Shown: positions 8,670 through 19,900, numbered from the stretch's first letter. The stretch: DNA of 64,000 nucleotides from a virus (IMGVR_UViG_3300009037_000004:1-64000), one strand, 5' to 3'. The notes: generated by a model from the sequence alone, not told the origin. Program-made: numbers and translations.

Positions 8670-11559
8670 ACCCCTGATACACGGGCACCCCAGACTCTCT
8701 CATCGGACGGATGATGTCGGGGCGTGGCTGTTGGATCATTGACGCCAGAAGACAGTACAGAATCGAGTGGAAGGCGTCGTCCGTCTTCCCATGAGCGTGC
8801 TTGAACTCCTCCATCCTCAGCCGGTTGTTGTACTCGCTGAAGATGTTGAGGATGTCCTGACCGTAGGGATCAAAGAACTCCTCCCAGTTCGGCAGGTCCA
8901 CCAGCTTCTTCTTGAACGCCGTGAAGAGGTCGCTCATCACCTCTGATCGATGGCACATGTAGCGAAGGAGGTTCTGCTCCCAGTAGATCTTCTTCCTCTG
9001 CCGCGGGTTGTACTGGTACTTGATGACCTTGTTGGGTCCGAACCGCTGGATGAGGATCTTGTTGTTGTGGAAGCCCCCACCGTAGTCCACGCCCACGAGC
9101 TGAACGTGAAGCTGAGTGATCATCTGGGAGATGAGGTCGAGCTGTCTGTCCGGCTCAAGATCTGGCCCGGTGAAACGGTGCACCCAGAAGATGGTGAAGT
9201 TCCCGCCACCAAGATAGCCGCCGAAGCTGATCACGGTGTAGGTGTTCTCGCCCGTGTTGCCCTGATAGGCGATCGATCCATTCCGTTCCGTCACGATGTA
9301 GCCGGAAGGGACCTTGCAACAGTAGACCTTGCCATTGTAAGGAACACGCTCTACTCGATCTTTGAGAGCATTGAACTGGAAGTCCCGACCGCTGGACCAG
9401 AGAGCCCTCCATCGGGTCTTCCGGTTTCCAATAGCTTCCTTGTGGAGGCGAACCACGCAGCGTAGTCCCAGTCGGATGCAGAGTTCCTGGAAGTCCTCGC
9501 AAAGACCCCTTGAAGTGGAATAATAAGCGCCGTTATTGCAGTCCTCTCTCGGATCAATGTACCCATCACCCAATGTCATGGCATCAAAGAGAATCTGAAG
9601 TTGTCGTTTGGAGAGTCCCAGCACCCAACGTGGCAGGCGTTTAGTATCGCCCGTCCTTCCCACATTGAAATAGAACCAGTGCCAGAATTGCTTCCCTTTG
9701 ATCGTCCAATTCAGATCACCCGTCTCTTCGTTTGGGAACTCGGTGAAGGGGATTCCTAATCTTTCCATGCATTCCTTAATCCGAAGCGACTTGATTGGGG
9801 CAGCATCCTCGCGCTGAGACATCTTCAGGGAATAGGGAAACATGACAGTCGGGTCGGCTTTGCTGGGACGGAGGCAGACCCCACCTTCGGACACCACGTA
9901 TCCAAGGAACTCCAGCCAATCATCCATCCTGAAGGTGCGATGATCACACCCCACATATCCGGGGCTCTTCGGTAAAGCTGGCAACTGGAATAGTTCTTCC
10001 TCCCGGCCATGCCAGTCCACGTGACCAACGAACTTGACTACACTTCTTTCGGCAGTTTCTTCCGCCGTCTCCGTTGTCCATCGCGTGGCGTTTGGGCCAA
10101 GTACACGCATACGGTGGACATGATTCAGCATCATGTCCAAGCCCCGTGCTTTGAAATGCAGGAGTGGTTGATCCCAGTCCCGAACGGTTCTTTCTAGGGG
10201 CCGAACTAGCATCATCTCCCGGGTCTCAGGATCCCATTGGGCCACCAGATCATCGTCGGTGAGGTCACGGAAGTAGACGAAGCCACGCTGGGTGAGGATG
10301 CGGGTTTCCTCATCATGGCAACCCCAGTCAATCCCAGCGTACACGCGACGGCCTTGGGCGAGCTCCTTGAACTGCTCGATGTCACCCATCCGGATGTGAG
10401 ACTTGCAGCAAGACTGAAGTTGAGCCCTGGTGATCGGGCGGACACCAGAGTCATAGGACATCCCCAGCTTCTCGTTCATGAACTGGGCACGAGGATAATG
10501 CTCCTGCGCCTCCAGAACCTCCTGCCAATCAACCCAGGGGACCATGAGTTGAGGGATTCGATAACCCTCGAAGGCCACCTTGTTCTCATTCGAGGGCGTT
10601 CGGGGGTTCATGCTAGCCCACTTGGCCTGTGGATGGGCAGCACTGATCAGCTCTCCGCACTTGTCACAGACCAATCCTTGCTTGCCGATGTTCTTCTCCC
10701 CCAGCACATTCCAGTGCCACGAGCTGGGGTTGTTCGGCGTCCCGTGCCGCTCGCAGGGGACCACCCACTCATTCTGGGTGGAGAACTCCTGCCAGTAGTG
10801 TTCGATCGTGTTGTCCTCCGACTTCGGCGTGCCGGAGTAGAGGAACAACTTGTAGCTGGAGTGGAAGGCGCACTGCTCGATGATCGGGATGTTGTCCACC
10901 AGGATGTCCTGGAGCTCATCGATGCAGACCAGGTCGGCTGGGATGCCTCGGACTCGGTCGGCGGTGAGGTAAGCGTACCGCAGACGGATTTGGGAGAAGT
11001 TGATGAACTTCTTAAAGAACACGGCCTGGCTGATCTTCGTGGTGGTGTACGCCTTGAGGAGTGGAGAAGACTCCACCACGTCCTTGATGCGGTCCACCGA
11101 GAAGACCTTAGCCTGCTCCGCGGAAGGGGCGACGTAGAGAGAACGGAAGTTGTTGGTCAGCGCGGAGTAACAGAGCAGCCTGTTCCCCAACGTCGTGCTC
11201 TTCTCCACCTGCCGTCCGCACTTCAGAAGCACCTTGTCCGAGGCGGTATCGTAGATCCTACGGAGATACTCTCTGCCTTCGAAGGAGAACTGACTGACTC
11301 GGCCAGCTTCTGGGACCTGGATAGCTGTCTCAGCAAACTGGGAAGGGGAGACGTCGTAGATCAACAGCTCAGGGTTGAGGGCCAGCAGGTCTTCAGGAGT
11401 TGGATCTGGCGGCTCCTCATCGAACCCGAAGTCGGTGGGCTCCCCGTCCTCATTGTAGTCGAACCAGGGCTCCTTCACCCCACGATCGATGGACCAAACA
11501 AGGGGGATGGTCCGAGCTGACTGAAGGATCTCCGCCTCTGACAGGTTGATGACACTCAT
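8668..11559 (-). CDS. terL: Terminase large subunit (lambda gpA-like) with intein
   Basis: KCGRQVEKST P-loop, DRVRGIPAD, CIDELQD Walker B, SGTPK, nuclease motif GIDWG, and C-terminal DDAFHS. Confidence 0.9.
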   Translation of the reverse strand: MSVINLSEAEILQSARTIPLVWSIDRGVKEPWFDYNEDGEPTDFGFDEEPPDPTPEDLLALNPELLIYDVSPSQFAETAIQVPEAGRVSQFSFEGREYLRRIYDTASDKVLLKCGRQVEKSTTLGNRLLCYSALTNNFRSLYVAPSAEQAKVFSVDRIKDVVESSPLLKAYTTTKISQAVFFKKFINFSQIRLRYAYLTADRVRGIPADLVCIDELQDILVDNIPIIEQCAFHSSYKLFLYSGTPKSEDNTIEHYWQEFSTQNEWVVPCERHGTPNNPSSWHWNVLGEKNIGKQGLVCDKCGELISAAHPQAKWASMNPRTPSNENKVAFEGYRIPQLMVPWVDWQEVLEAQEHYPRAQFMNEKLGMSYDSGVRPITRAQLQSCCKSHIRMGDIEQFKELAQGRRVYAGIDWGCHDEETRILTQRGFVYFRDLTDDDLVAQWDPETREMMLVRPLERTVRDWDQPLLHFKARGLDMMLNHVHRMRVLGPNATRWTTETAEETAERSVVKFVGHVDWHGREEELFQLPALPKSPGYVGCDHRTFRMDDWLEFLGYVVSEGGVCLRPSKADPTVMFPYSLKMSQREDAAPIKSLRIKECMERLGIPFTEFPNEETGDLNWTIKGKQFWHWFYFNVGRTGDTKRLPRWVLGLSKRQLQILFDAMTLGDGYIDPREDCNNGAYYSTSRGLCEDFQELCIRLGLRCVVRLHKEAIGNRKTRWRALWSSGRDFQFNALKDRVERVPYNGKVYCCKVPSGYIVTERNGSIAYQGNTGENTYTVISFGGYLGGGNFTIFWVHRFTGPDLEPDRQLDLISQMITQLHVQLVGVDYGGGFHNNKILIQRFGPNKVIKYQYNPRQRKKIYWEQNLLRYMCHRSEVMSDLFTAFKKKLVDLPNWEEFFDPYGQDILNIFSEYNNRLRMEEFKHAHGKTDDAFHSILYCLLASMIQQPRPDIIRPMRESGVPVYQG
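9256..10320 (-). mobile_element. Intein (355 aa) with LAGLIDADG homing endonuclease
   Basis: Begins CHDEETRILTQRGF and ends VYCCKVPSG...AYQGN, followed by Thr+1. LAGLIDADG-like blocks FLGYVVSEGG and LFDAMTLGDG. More AT-rich than its flanks. Confidence 0.9.
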
Positions 11560-11789
11560 GAAATCGCCTCGAGTCTGAAGACGACGGGGTCCACGGGTAT
11601 AAGAACCTTGACCGCCGACACCAAGCCTTGAGTCGGATGGTCAACTGCCGGCAACAGCATCACCGTGCCCGGTCTCTCAACCCCAAAACTCAAGTGTGGG
11701 ACCTCGGGCCGTAATGTAGATGCCGGCAACACCCGAGGGATCCACACTTGAGCGAGGGAAGTCGTGATGCCGGCGAAAGCCGGCCTCAC
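11556..11789 (-). CDS. Hypothetical protein
   Basis: Fills the gap exactly: GTG directly follows the upstream TAA, and its stop overlaps the terL ATG. Confidence 0.45.
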   Translation of the reverse strand: MRPAFAGITTSLAQVWIPRVLPASTLRPEVPHLSFGVERPGTVMLLPAVDHPTQGLVSAVKVLIPVDPVVFRLEAIS

Positions 11790-12317
11790 TTAGCTTCCAA
11801 GCAGTCTCGAGACCTCGAAGAAGGGGGCCTCGAACTGCTGCTTGGACCAACGCACGGGCGTGTTGGGCTCAGACATCACGACCGACCAGCTATCGACCTC
11901 CCGATAGAAGTCGAGCTTGAACGGCTGGAAGCGGAAGTGCTCCTTGAAGACCCCCTCCACCGTCTCCTTGAACCCCAGCCACCAGGGATGGCGCTCGAGC
12001 TCCTGGTTGGCGTGCTCCGCAATCTTCTGCTGGGCAGCCGGGAGATTTTCCTTGGAGCACGTCTTCTTGACGTCATCCATCGCAGCCTGGGCGACGTCGT
12101 AGATCTCCTTCCGGTCCTTCTTGTAGAAGTGGTAGATCAGGAGCCCGTCCTTGATGACCCACGCGCCCTTGAGATGCCCCGCATCCACCCACGTCAGGTC
12201 TGGCACGCCATCCGACACGGCGTTGGCCAAGTTCCCCTCGAGCTTCGGCAGCCCACGGAGTTTCCACTCCTCGTCATCCATCCAGAAAGGTTTGGTCGGT
12301 TCTTGTGTCTCAGCCAT
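11790..12317 (-). CDS. Hypothetical protein
   Basis: Start moved to MAETQEP (GAGGA RBS). Confidence 0.6.
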   Translation of the reverse strand: MAETQEPTKPFWMDDEEWKLRGLPKLEGNLANAVSDGVPDLTWVDAGHLKGAWVIKDGLLIYHFYKKDRKEIYDVAQAAMDDVKKTCSKENLPAAQQKIAEHANQELERHPWWLGFKETVEGVFKEHFRFQPFKLDFYREVDSWSVVMSEPNTPVRWSKQQFEAPFFEVSRLLGS

Positions 12318-13206
12318 GGTTCTCTTCCTCCTCGAACTGAGCATCGGCCAGTACTTCACTCCGTCCCGTCCCCACTCCAGACTGACTGTAATTCGGCCCG
12401 GCCACCTCCTCGATGGATGGGAGCGGGGCTGTGTCTTTCCGGAGACGGAACTTCTCGAACGCAGTGAGGACATCCTTCAAAGCCACATCGCTCTGCCGCA
12501 TCTGATTCTCGGCATCGCTGATGACGTCCATGTAGTTCTTCATCATCTTCGAATGCGCCAAGGTAGCTGGCTGTCGTTCGATCTCCAGCACTTTCAGGAA
12601 GGCGATGTCTCTCATCCTCCGGGAGACTACTCCTGTGTTCAGGCTCGTTGGTGGGCCGGACATTCCCAGCACCCACGGCACCAGTGCCTGGGCCATATCA
12701 GGGCTGACCCGAAGAACAGCCACGCTGTTCATCGCATGCGGCCGCTCTTCCAGGAACTCGACCCACTCGTGCATGGGCAGCAGCTTCTTGTTCCAGAAGT
12801 AGTGCCCGAATGCCTGCACTCCCTCGATCGTGAGACTGATCTCATGATGCCGGTTGAGGCGAGTGACTACCTCCTCGATCCGTAGCGGTGAGAGGAGCAA
12901 CTGTTCCACATCCGCACGGAGCTGGGGGTTGGCTAAGATCTCGTACGCTTCCTTCACATGAGGGCTGGGGAACCAGAGGTCGAGGATGCCCCACTTGCGA
13001 AGGAAGTCCCTGGACGGACCCGCCTTCTTTGTTGGCTCCCAGGGATTGGGGAACTCCCCCATCTCCATCTGAACCCGCTTGATGTACCCAGCCCCCAGTC
13101 CCTCCAGTCCGAAGTCCTCCAGCATCCGCAGGATAGTGTTGGGATCATACTCCCGTTGGCTCAGGAGGAACCTCACAAACACTTCGGAGGGAGAGCGAGA
13201 GATCAT
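12310..13206 (-). CDS. Hypothetical protein upstream of terL (possible packaging factor or small terminase)
   Basis: Helical protein. The function is guessed from position only. Confidence 0.5.
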   Translation of the reverse strand: MISRSPSEVFVRFLLSQREYDPNTILRMLEDFGLEGLGAGYIKRVQMEMGEFPNPWEPTKKAGPSRDFLRKWGILDLWFPSPHVKEAYEILANPQLRADVEQLLLSPLRIEEVVTRLNRHHEISLTIEGVQAFGHYFWNKKLLPMHEWVEFLEERPHAMNSVAVLRVSPDMAQALVPWVLGMSGPPTSLNTGVVSRRMRDIAFLKVLEIERQPATLAHSKMMKNYMDVISDAENQMRQSDVALKDVLTAFEKFRLRKDTAPLPSIEEVAGPNYSQSGVGTGRSEVLADAQFEEEENHG

Positions 13207-13207
13207 C

Positions 13208-15229
13208 TTACGCCTCAGGCGTCGTTCCCAGGGTCTTCAGTCCTGCCACGACCTTATCCAGGTGTACGAGAGCCCGCTGCACAGCACCCTGGTCCACCGC
13301 GTTCAGCCCCAGCCGGGAGGCCAGCAGAAGCTCCGACAGCTTCCGAATGGTCCCTTCGATCTCCGGGACGTAGCTTGCGAAGATCGAGATGTTTTCCGGG
13401 TTGATGAAGCCCATCGACAAGATCTTGTCCACGGCGATGGGGTCTTCGAGTGGCGCAGCTTCCTTCACGAGGTCTGCCCGCAGGTCCGGCATGCGCTGAA
13501 GCATCTCGGCCGCGTGCTTCCGTGCTTGAGCGAACTTCGTACGGAAGGTTTGGATCGGACGGGCCTGGAACCAGATCTCGTACTGTCCCTTCTTCCGCAT
13601 CTCCGCGAACGCCGTCTTGGTCAGATCGGGATCTTGCCCCAGGATGGAGGCCAGGAAGATGGCGTCGTCCTGGTCCAGGAATTGGGTGGGCATCACGCCA
13701 GCGAGCTTGTCGATCTCCTGCCCCTCGAAGGCGTAGAGAGTGCCATCCGTGAAGACCCGGACGGCTGTCTTCAGCATCCGTGCTTCAGCGGTCTTGATGT
13801 AGTCGTCCGGGCTGGAGGCCAGATCGACGTTGTTCTCCAGGGGCATGAAGCCGCAGTCCTCTGGGATGCCGTAGCGCCCCGGTCCGATCACGGAGACTTC
13901 CTTCAGGCCGGGGGTCTTGACGATTTCGCAGGGCTCCCCCATCACCGTCTCGGCGATGAAGGCGGCTCCTTCCGGCGTCTCCTGCTCACCCTTGATGTGC
14001 ACTGGGACGAGACCCACGGCCCCCGAATCGGAGGCGTAGTAGAAGCAGCCGGTTCCCTGAGGAGGAGCATCCAGTAGGTCGGTCTGCTTCGCCACCGGCA
14101 CGCCCGCGATGTTCTCCTGCATCGCGGACTCACTGCCGTTGCTGAAGACCGCTAGAGGAAGAACCTCTCCGGTGAACGCCATGATCTTGGGGAAGGCCCA
14201 CCCCACCAGCTCCCTGTTGTCGCCCACCGTCTTGACCTTGTAGAGACCGAAGGTGTCGATGACCTTGATCTCCAGGTCGATGAGCGTCTCCTTCATGGCC
14301 GGCTGGGCATTGATGGTGGTCGTACCATCCGACTCGACCTTGCTCACGAGATCTCCACCCAGAGCCCCTACTGCCGCGGGCCGGGACACCACGTCCGCGT
14401 TCGGGATGAGGGCCTCGGGGTTGGCGGTCTTGACGAGGAAACCCCCATCGACCTTCTGGACCTGGAGAACCGTTGGCGTGATGCAGGAAGCCACCTTCCG
14501 AAGGTAGTCGTCCCCGGTCTCCTTCGTCTCTGTCACCTCCGACAGCTTGGCCATGAAGGGAAGCATGGAGTCGTTGGAGAAGACGGCGGCGCGAAGAGAG
14601 GGATCGTCATTGAGTCGGTTGGTGAGCGCATCTACGTGCGCCTTCTTGATCGTGGGCAGAATGGCATCCATCAGGAACTCCGGCTTGGCGGAGGATGCCT
14701 TCTCGACACTGCCCAATGACGAACTTCCCACGTCCGCGATCAGCGGCCCCCTCGCCCCGCCGTACTGGCGGGTCGGTGGGTAGAGCTGCTCGACCATGGA
14801 GAGGTCGCCGGGGCGTTTCCGCACGGCATCGAAGAGGGAAGGGCGAAAGAGGGCGGTGCGAAGCCGCTCCTCCGTCATGGGCTCGACCTCTCCGTTGCTC
14901 AGGAGGAGGTCGAGTGGCGCCAACCGACCATCCTTGATGACGACTGGGAGCACGACCTTTTGTCTCCCCAGCAACTCCGCCGGAGTCGAGTCATCTCGTG
15001 GATTGATGGCCAGCTTGTTCAGGAGCTCCACCCGACCCATGGCGTAACGCCGATCGGGATCGACGGTGTCCAAGACCACCTTGGGGGAGTAGTCGCTGGA
15101 GTAGGGTACCTGCTTGTAGAGCTGGTCCAAGATCTGTTGAGGCCATTCACTGGGGTCCTCCCCCATTAGAGCTTCCTGCCCCAGCTTCTCGAACGTCAGC
15201 TTCTTATCAAGGAAGAGGTCCATTCTCAT
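13208..15229 (-). CDS. Large putative virion protein with K-x-A motifs
   Basis: Motifs KLGQ, KVAS, KTAE, KTAV, KLAG, KTAF and KEAA; biased codons. Confidence 0.6.
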   Translation of the reverse strand: MRMDLFLDKKLTFEKLGQEALMGEDPSEWPQQILDQLYKQVPYSSDYSPKVVLDTVDPDRRYAMGRVELLNKLAINPRDDSTPAELLGRQKVVLPVVIKDGRLAPLDLLLSNGEVEPMTEERLRTALFRPSLFDAVRKRPGDLSMVEQLYPPTRQYGGARGPLIADVGSSSLGSVEKASSAKPEFLMDAILPTIKKAHVDALTNRLNDDPSLRAAVFSNDSMLPFMAKLSEVTETKETGDDYLRKVASCITPTVLQVQKVDGGFLVKTANPEALIPNADVVSRPAAVGALGGDLVSKVESDGTTTINAQPAMKETLIDLEIKVIDTFGLYKVKTVGDNRELVGWAFPKIMAFTGEVLPLAVFSNGSESAMQENIAGVPVAKQTDLLDAPPQGTGCFYYASDSGAVGLVPVHIKGEQETPEGAAFIAETVMGEPCEIVKTPGLKEVSVIGPGRYGIPEDCGFMPLENNVDLASSPDDYIKTAEARMLKTAVRVFTDGTLYAFEGQEIDKLAGVMPTQFLDQDDAIFLASILGQDPDLTKTAFAEMRKKGQYEIWFQARPIQTFRTKFAQARKHAAEMLQRMPDLRADLVKEAAPLEDPIAVDKILSMGFINPENISIFASYVPEIEGTIRKLSELLLASRLGLNAVDQGAVQRALVHLDKVVAGLKTLGTTPEA

Positions 15230-15232
15230 CTC

Positions 15233-16510
15233 CTACTGGTTCACCGTCACGGTCTTGCTGCACAAGACTAACTTCATTTGGCTTGGGTTAGCCCCACTTG
15301 GTGTTGCCGTGTTCACAGTATCAGGCCCCTTCGTGACTCCTGCAACCGAGTGGCAATGCCCAGCCAACCATTGGACCAATTTTAGCCCAAGGGGTACGGG
15401 CTCAACAGCAGCTTCGCTTCCAAGCAGAAGCTTGGGAGCGGTGATGACCTTGGACGTTAGCCAGGTCTCCTTGCTGACTGTCCCCTTGATCGTGTGGGTG
15501 CCCGTGATAGTCGTGTCGGACTTGCCCAGGATCGTAGTGGTGTCGCTGCCAGTGATCTTGGTAGTCCGGCTCCCCTTGATTGTCAAACTATCACTCCCGC
15601 CAATCTCCTCCGTCCTGTCCCCCGACTGCTTCATGGATGTGTAGCCCGCTTTATCGATAAGCAGGGTGTACTCCGAAGAACCTGAGACTTCTCCAGTCGA
15701 GGGATCAATGCTTTCGGGGGCTACCGTGACCTCGATGAAAGCTGTGTCGTTCACGCTCTCAGACAAGCAACCTACGCTGACCTTGATCGAAGCCTTCTTA
15801 TCTTGGGCGTTCTCGCGGGCCAGGAGAGTGAACTCAGTTGGCGCATCCCCAGTGGGGTCATCCTCATCTCGACCCACGGTCCAGCTCAGCATCCCCGCAG
15901 CCGTGTTGAGCTCGTAATTCTCGCTGAAGTCGCGGATGTAGTTGAGGACCGGGATGTAGGCTCGCTGGCAGATGTTGGTCGCTCCGATCTGGAGCACACC
16001 ACCTCTGCGAAGCACCACGAAGTTCTCGTCCCTCCCCTGCCAGAGCATGTCGCCCGGGTTGAGGAGAGGCCGTCCACCGCGGAAGCTGGCATCGGGGGCG
16101 TTCTTGCTGGTCGAAGAGCCCCCGGACTTGGTGTCCGCTGCTGCGGAGAGATCTTCTTCACTCTCAACGCCGGCGTCCTTGGTCTTCTCCTCCAGGTACT
16201 TGTCAACGCTCGCCCCCTCCAGCTCTGGCCCGCCTAGAAACCCCATGATGAACGCCGGATCGCCATCTGAAGGCCAGCACACTGCACAGATCGCCCCCAC
16301 TTCTGGTACGCAGGAGAAGCCTTCCCCGTTGTTGAAGTGGAAGTAGGGAGTCATGATCTGAAGGTCGGTGATGTGCTTGCCGGAGAACTGGGAAACCCAA
16401 TCGGCAGTGAAGTTCTTGGTGTTGACGTTCGCGATCACGCCCGTCTCAATGATGGCTGCGCTCGTGCCGCGCTGAGTGGGTGAGTTGGAGAATGACTTAG
16501 CCGGAGGCAT
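15233..16510 (-). CDS. Baseplate central spike (gp5/gpV/VgrG-like)
   Basis: N-terminal OB-fold-like motif (PEVGAICAV...FIMGF), 8-residue beta-helix repeats (DRTEEIGG/SDSLTIKG/SRTTKITG/SDTTTILG) and a C-terminal HxH. Start moved to the TGATG overlap. Confidence 0.75.
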   Translation of the reverse strand: MPPAKSFSNSPTQRGTSAAIIETGVIANVNTKNFTADWVSQFSGKHITDLQIMTPYFHFNNGEGFSCVPEVGAICAVCWPSDGDPAFIMGFLGGPELEGASVDKYLEEKTKDAGVESEEDLSAAADTKSGGSSTSKNAPDASFRGGRPLLNPGDMLWQGRDENFVVLRRGGVLQIGATNICQRAYIPVLNYIRDFSENYELNTAAGMLSWTVGRDEDDPTGDAPTEFTLLARENAQDKKASIKVSVGCLSESVNDTAFIEVTVAPESIDPSTGEVSGSSEYTLLIDKAGYTSMKQSGDRTEEIGGSDSLTIKGSRTTKITGSDTTTILGKSDTTITGTHTIKGTVSKETWLTSKVITAPKLLLGSEAAVEPVPLGLKLVQWLAGHCHSVAGVTKGPDTVNTATPSGANPSQMKLVLCSKTVTVNQ

Positions 16511-16965
16511 CAGTAGTATCCGTATCCCTGCATCTGAGGCTGCGCCGGCGCTGTTTGCTGCGGCTGATGGTGGAGCAATTTCGACCCAGCATACAAGCCG
16601 GCTGCTCCAAGACCTGCCACGCCAGCCATCTGACCGTAGCGTGACTTCGCCAGAGCTCCAAGACCCCCCAGAACTCCGCCTTGCCTCGCGCCCATCATGT
16701 GCACTTGATTCGGGCCCCACATGAGAGCCCGCTCACCCGCCCCCTGCGTCCCTGACCGGTAGATCTGCCCGACGTGTCCGAGAATCCCCTGCGGCTTCCC
16801 CTCCACCAGTCTAGCCGCACCGCGAGACATCGCACTGGGTCCTCCTCGTAGGACCTGACCCCAACCCTTCATACCGCCCCCAAGGAAGCTCATGAGGCCT
16901 GCCTCCTTAGAGATCTGTTCGAGTTCATCCAAAAAGGCATTCTCTATGATCGCGTGCTTGTCCAT
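16510..16965 (-). CDS. Putative packaged Gly-rich membrane-type protein with AFLDELEQISKEAG leader
   Basis: Translationally coupled to the RNAP stop; leader, amphipathic Gly-rich body and TM-like end. Confidence 0.65.
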   Translation of the reverse strand: MDKHAIIENAFLDELEQISKEAGLMSFLGGGMKGWGQVLRGGPSAMSRGAARLVEGKPQGILGHVGQIYRSGTQGAGERALMWGPNQVHMMGARQGGVLGGLGALAKSRYGQMAGVAGLGAAGLYAGSKLLHHQPQQTAPAQPQMQGYGYY

Positions 16966-19900
16966 CAGTATTCCCAGGGCTTCTGACCCCGGCCGAAGTC
17001 GGCGCCATGCACGACCGGGGGAATGGGATGCTTGCCGTGCAGCTTCGACGTCCAGCCTTCCTGAGCCGCCTCGATCACTGTCTTGCTCAGATTCTGGTGG
17101 TTCAGCCTGGCGATCCAGTCTTCTTGCATGTCCAACGGCAGGACGTTTACACCCTTCAACACCGGCTGATGTACGATCGGCTTCTTCCCCTTGGGTAGCT
17201 GCCGATTGATGTTGGAGACCTGCGAAGTCGGAGCGAAGTCCCCGCGCAGGTAGCCGGTGTGATCGCCGACATCCTCAATCCGCGTGAGGTTCGTCAACGC
17301 CTTCACCACCACCTCGGTGTTCCTCCGGCGGATGCCGTGGGGCCCGTAGATTCCGTGAAGAGCATCTGAGAGGTAGCCCTGCACGGGCTCTACCCCGGTA
17401 AGCGGCAGCATCTCGTGAGGATTCACTGGGCCGCCAGAGAGGGGCATGCCCTTCTTCACTTCCATACCTGTCTGAAGAGACTTGCCCCCGAACTGGGGAA
17501 CGCCGCGGTTCTGGGGAACGTAGTGGCGCTTCCCGCCGACGTAGACGTTGTGTCCTCCAGCCGGATCTCTCTCGATCTTCTCGACCTTGCCGGATGCTGT
17601 GCTGAGAGTAGCCGAACCGGGGAGAGTCTTGGGGAAGAGGAGTAGGTGCTTCACCCGCTCGAACTCATCCACCAAGCCTTCCTTCGAGGATGCTGTGCCT
17701 CCCGTGTGGAACGCTTTCATCGCAAGCTGAGTGGCTCGTTCTCCCAGAGCTTGACCAGCCATCACGCCAACGTTGGTTCCTGGTTCCGGTAGGCGTCCTT
17801 CCTCATTCAACCCGAAGCACTTCTGACAGACACCCGGTCCATGATTACAGCGGAGCGGTGATCGAACTGGGACGAGTCCGATCTTGTTGTTCCGGAGGGT
17901 GCTGCGAACCTCTGGGGTGATGAGCGTGCCTGCCTTGAAGACCTTCTTCCCAGCCTTGATGTCTGAGGCCAGATGCCGATCCAGGATGTCCTTCTCATCG
18001 ACCGAGAGAGCGATCCCCCTGGTAGTCCCGCAGTCGTTGTCGATGACGACGTTGTTCATCACAGAGTTCATGACCTGCTTCGAAATGTAACCTGGCTCCT
18101 GGACCTGCTGAACCTTCTGGATGACTCCCTTTCGGGCACCCGACATCGAAGTCCAGTAGTCTGAGATGTCCAGGCCCTCAGCATACGACTTCCTGACCGG
18201 GGTGGGAATGATCTCACCTTTGGCGTTGGCGATGAGCATGGGAGATGCCTTGATCTGACGGACAGTCTCCGGCGACGCCTTCACACCAGCCTGCTTCATG
18301 ACCAGAATGTTGCTGCTGTCCTCGGGTAATAGATCCATTCTCCGCTGGAGTTCCTGGGTGGCTCGGTCGTAGATCTGTACGGTCTTCGCCTGCCGCTCCT
18401 TATCTGTCTTGGCGGAGATCTGTGCGACCGCAGCGTCCGCCTTGGCCATGACCTGATCCCGCATCTTTCTCTCTGGTCTGATGTCCTCCATCCCAAGTGT
18501 GAAGCCCTTCGCGGTGGACCAGTGGTTGCCCAAGTTCTTCAGCTTGTTCACCACGGTTCCGTAGTCGTTTCGATGATCTTGAGCCACCTGGGTGAGGAGA
18601 CGATCTTGACCCTTCTTGTCCAGCAGATCTTTGCTCCGAAGGAAGTCTCCTCTCATGGCTTCGGGAAGGGCCCCCGCAATCAGGAAGCGGCCGGCGTTCG
18701 CCGTGATAGTGCCGACCTTCACCTGATGGTTTGAATCAACCTCCCCTGTTCTCAGGGCACTCTCCAACTCCACCACAGTCTTGAAAGTCTTGCTGATCTT
18801 CTGCCCCGGCTTGGTGAGTCCGTAGAGGCCGAGCTGAGATTCCAACGTAGGCTTGTACATCAAGCTGCCGGTCGAGGGATTGAAGAGATTCCTAGACGGG
18901 TACATGCCCTTCGCTTCCTCAACCGCATCCGTCATCACCGGCACGAAGGCGGACATGGCATCGCCATCGAAGTCCGCGTTGTAGCCGGAAGTCACGAGAG
19001 GATGAATCTGGATCGCCTTCCCGGACACGATCTTAGGCTTGAATGCCTGAATGCCGTACTTGTGCAGGACGGGATCTCTCTTCAGCAACACTGGCCTGGA
19101 TTCCACCACCCGTTCCAGAGCTTTCTGCACCAGTGGGCCCCCTTCCTTCACCTGCTTCTGTGCAGCCAGCGGGGAGATGCCGGTGAGACCCCGCAATTCT
19201 CGAATCACGAATGGCTTGTAGAGCTCCAGCGCGGCCGCGCGAGGGATCCCCAGCTCATCCAATCCTAGTGAGGGTTCCGGTACGATCGTGGACCGCATGG
19301 AGAGGTCTTGCTTCCGCTGAGTGAGTTTCTTCTGGAAGAAACCTTCCTTCGGACTGCCGATCTTCTCCCCCGTCCCCTTACCGCCCTCCTTCTCCGGGCG
19401 CTTGCCCTGGAGGATGTCCAGCACACCACGGAAGTCCCTGTTGGCGTAGCCCCCAATGCCCGTGAGGGACTTCAGATGGTCGTAAACCTCGGCTCTGAGC
19501 TCGTGCTTCTCGCTCGGCGGCATCAATGGGGAGAGCTGCTCGAGCTTGTTAGCGGAGATCCCGATGAACTTGTACATCTGGTTGAGGTCATCGAAGTTGA
19601 GATCTCCATCCGGCCGCTGTGAAACAGGCCGCATGATCGGTGGGATCACCGGCACGTTCCGCATCAGGTAGGCGTCCTTGGGATGCAAGCCAGCCTCGGT
19701 CAGCGCGGTCAGGTAACGAACCTTCTTGTTCGCGCTGTCCAGCCGGTTGCCCTTCAAGTTCGGGTTCGCCAGCTTCTTCTTGGCGTCCTCGAGTTCCGCC
19801 TTGGGGTCAATCTTCTTCAGGAGATGCTCGAAGGCTACCCCTCCCGTGAGATGATCGTCTGTGTTGTTGCTCAGCTTCCCCGTCTTGGGATCAATAGCTG

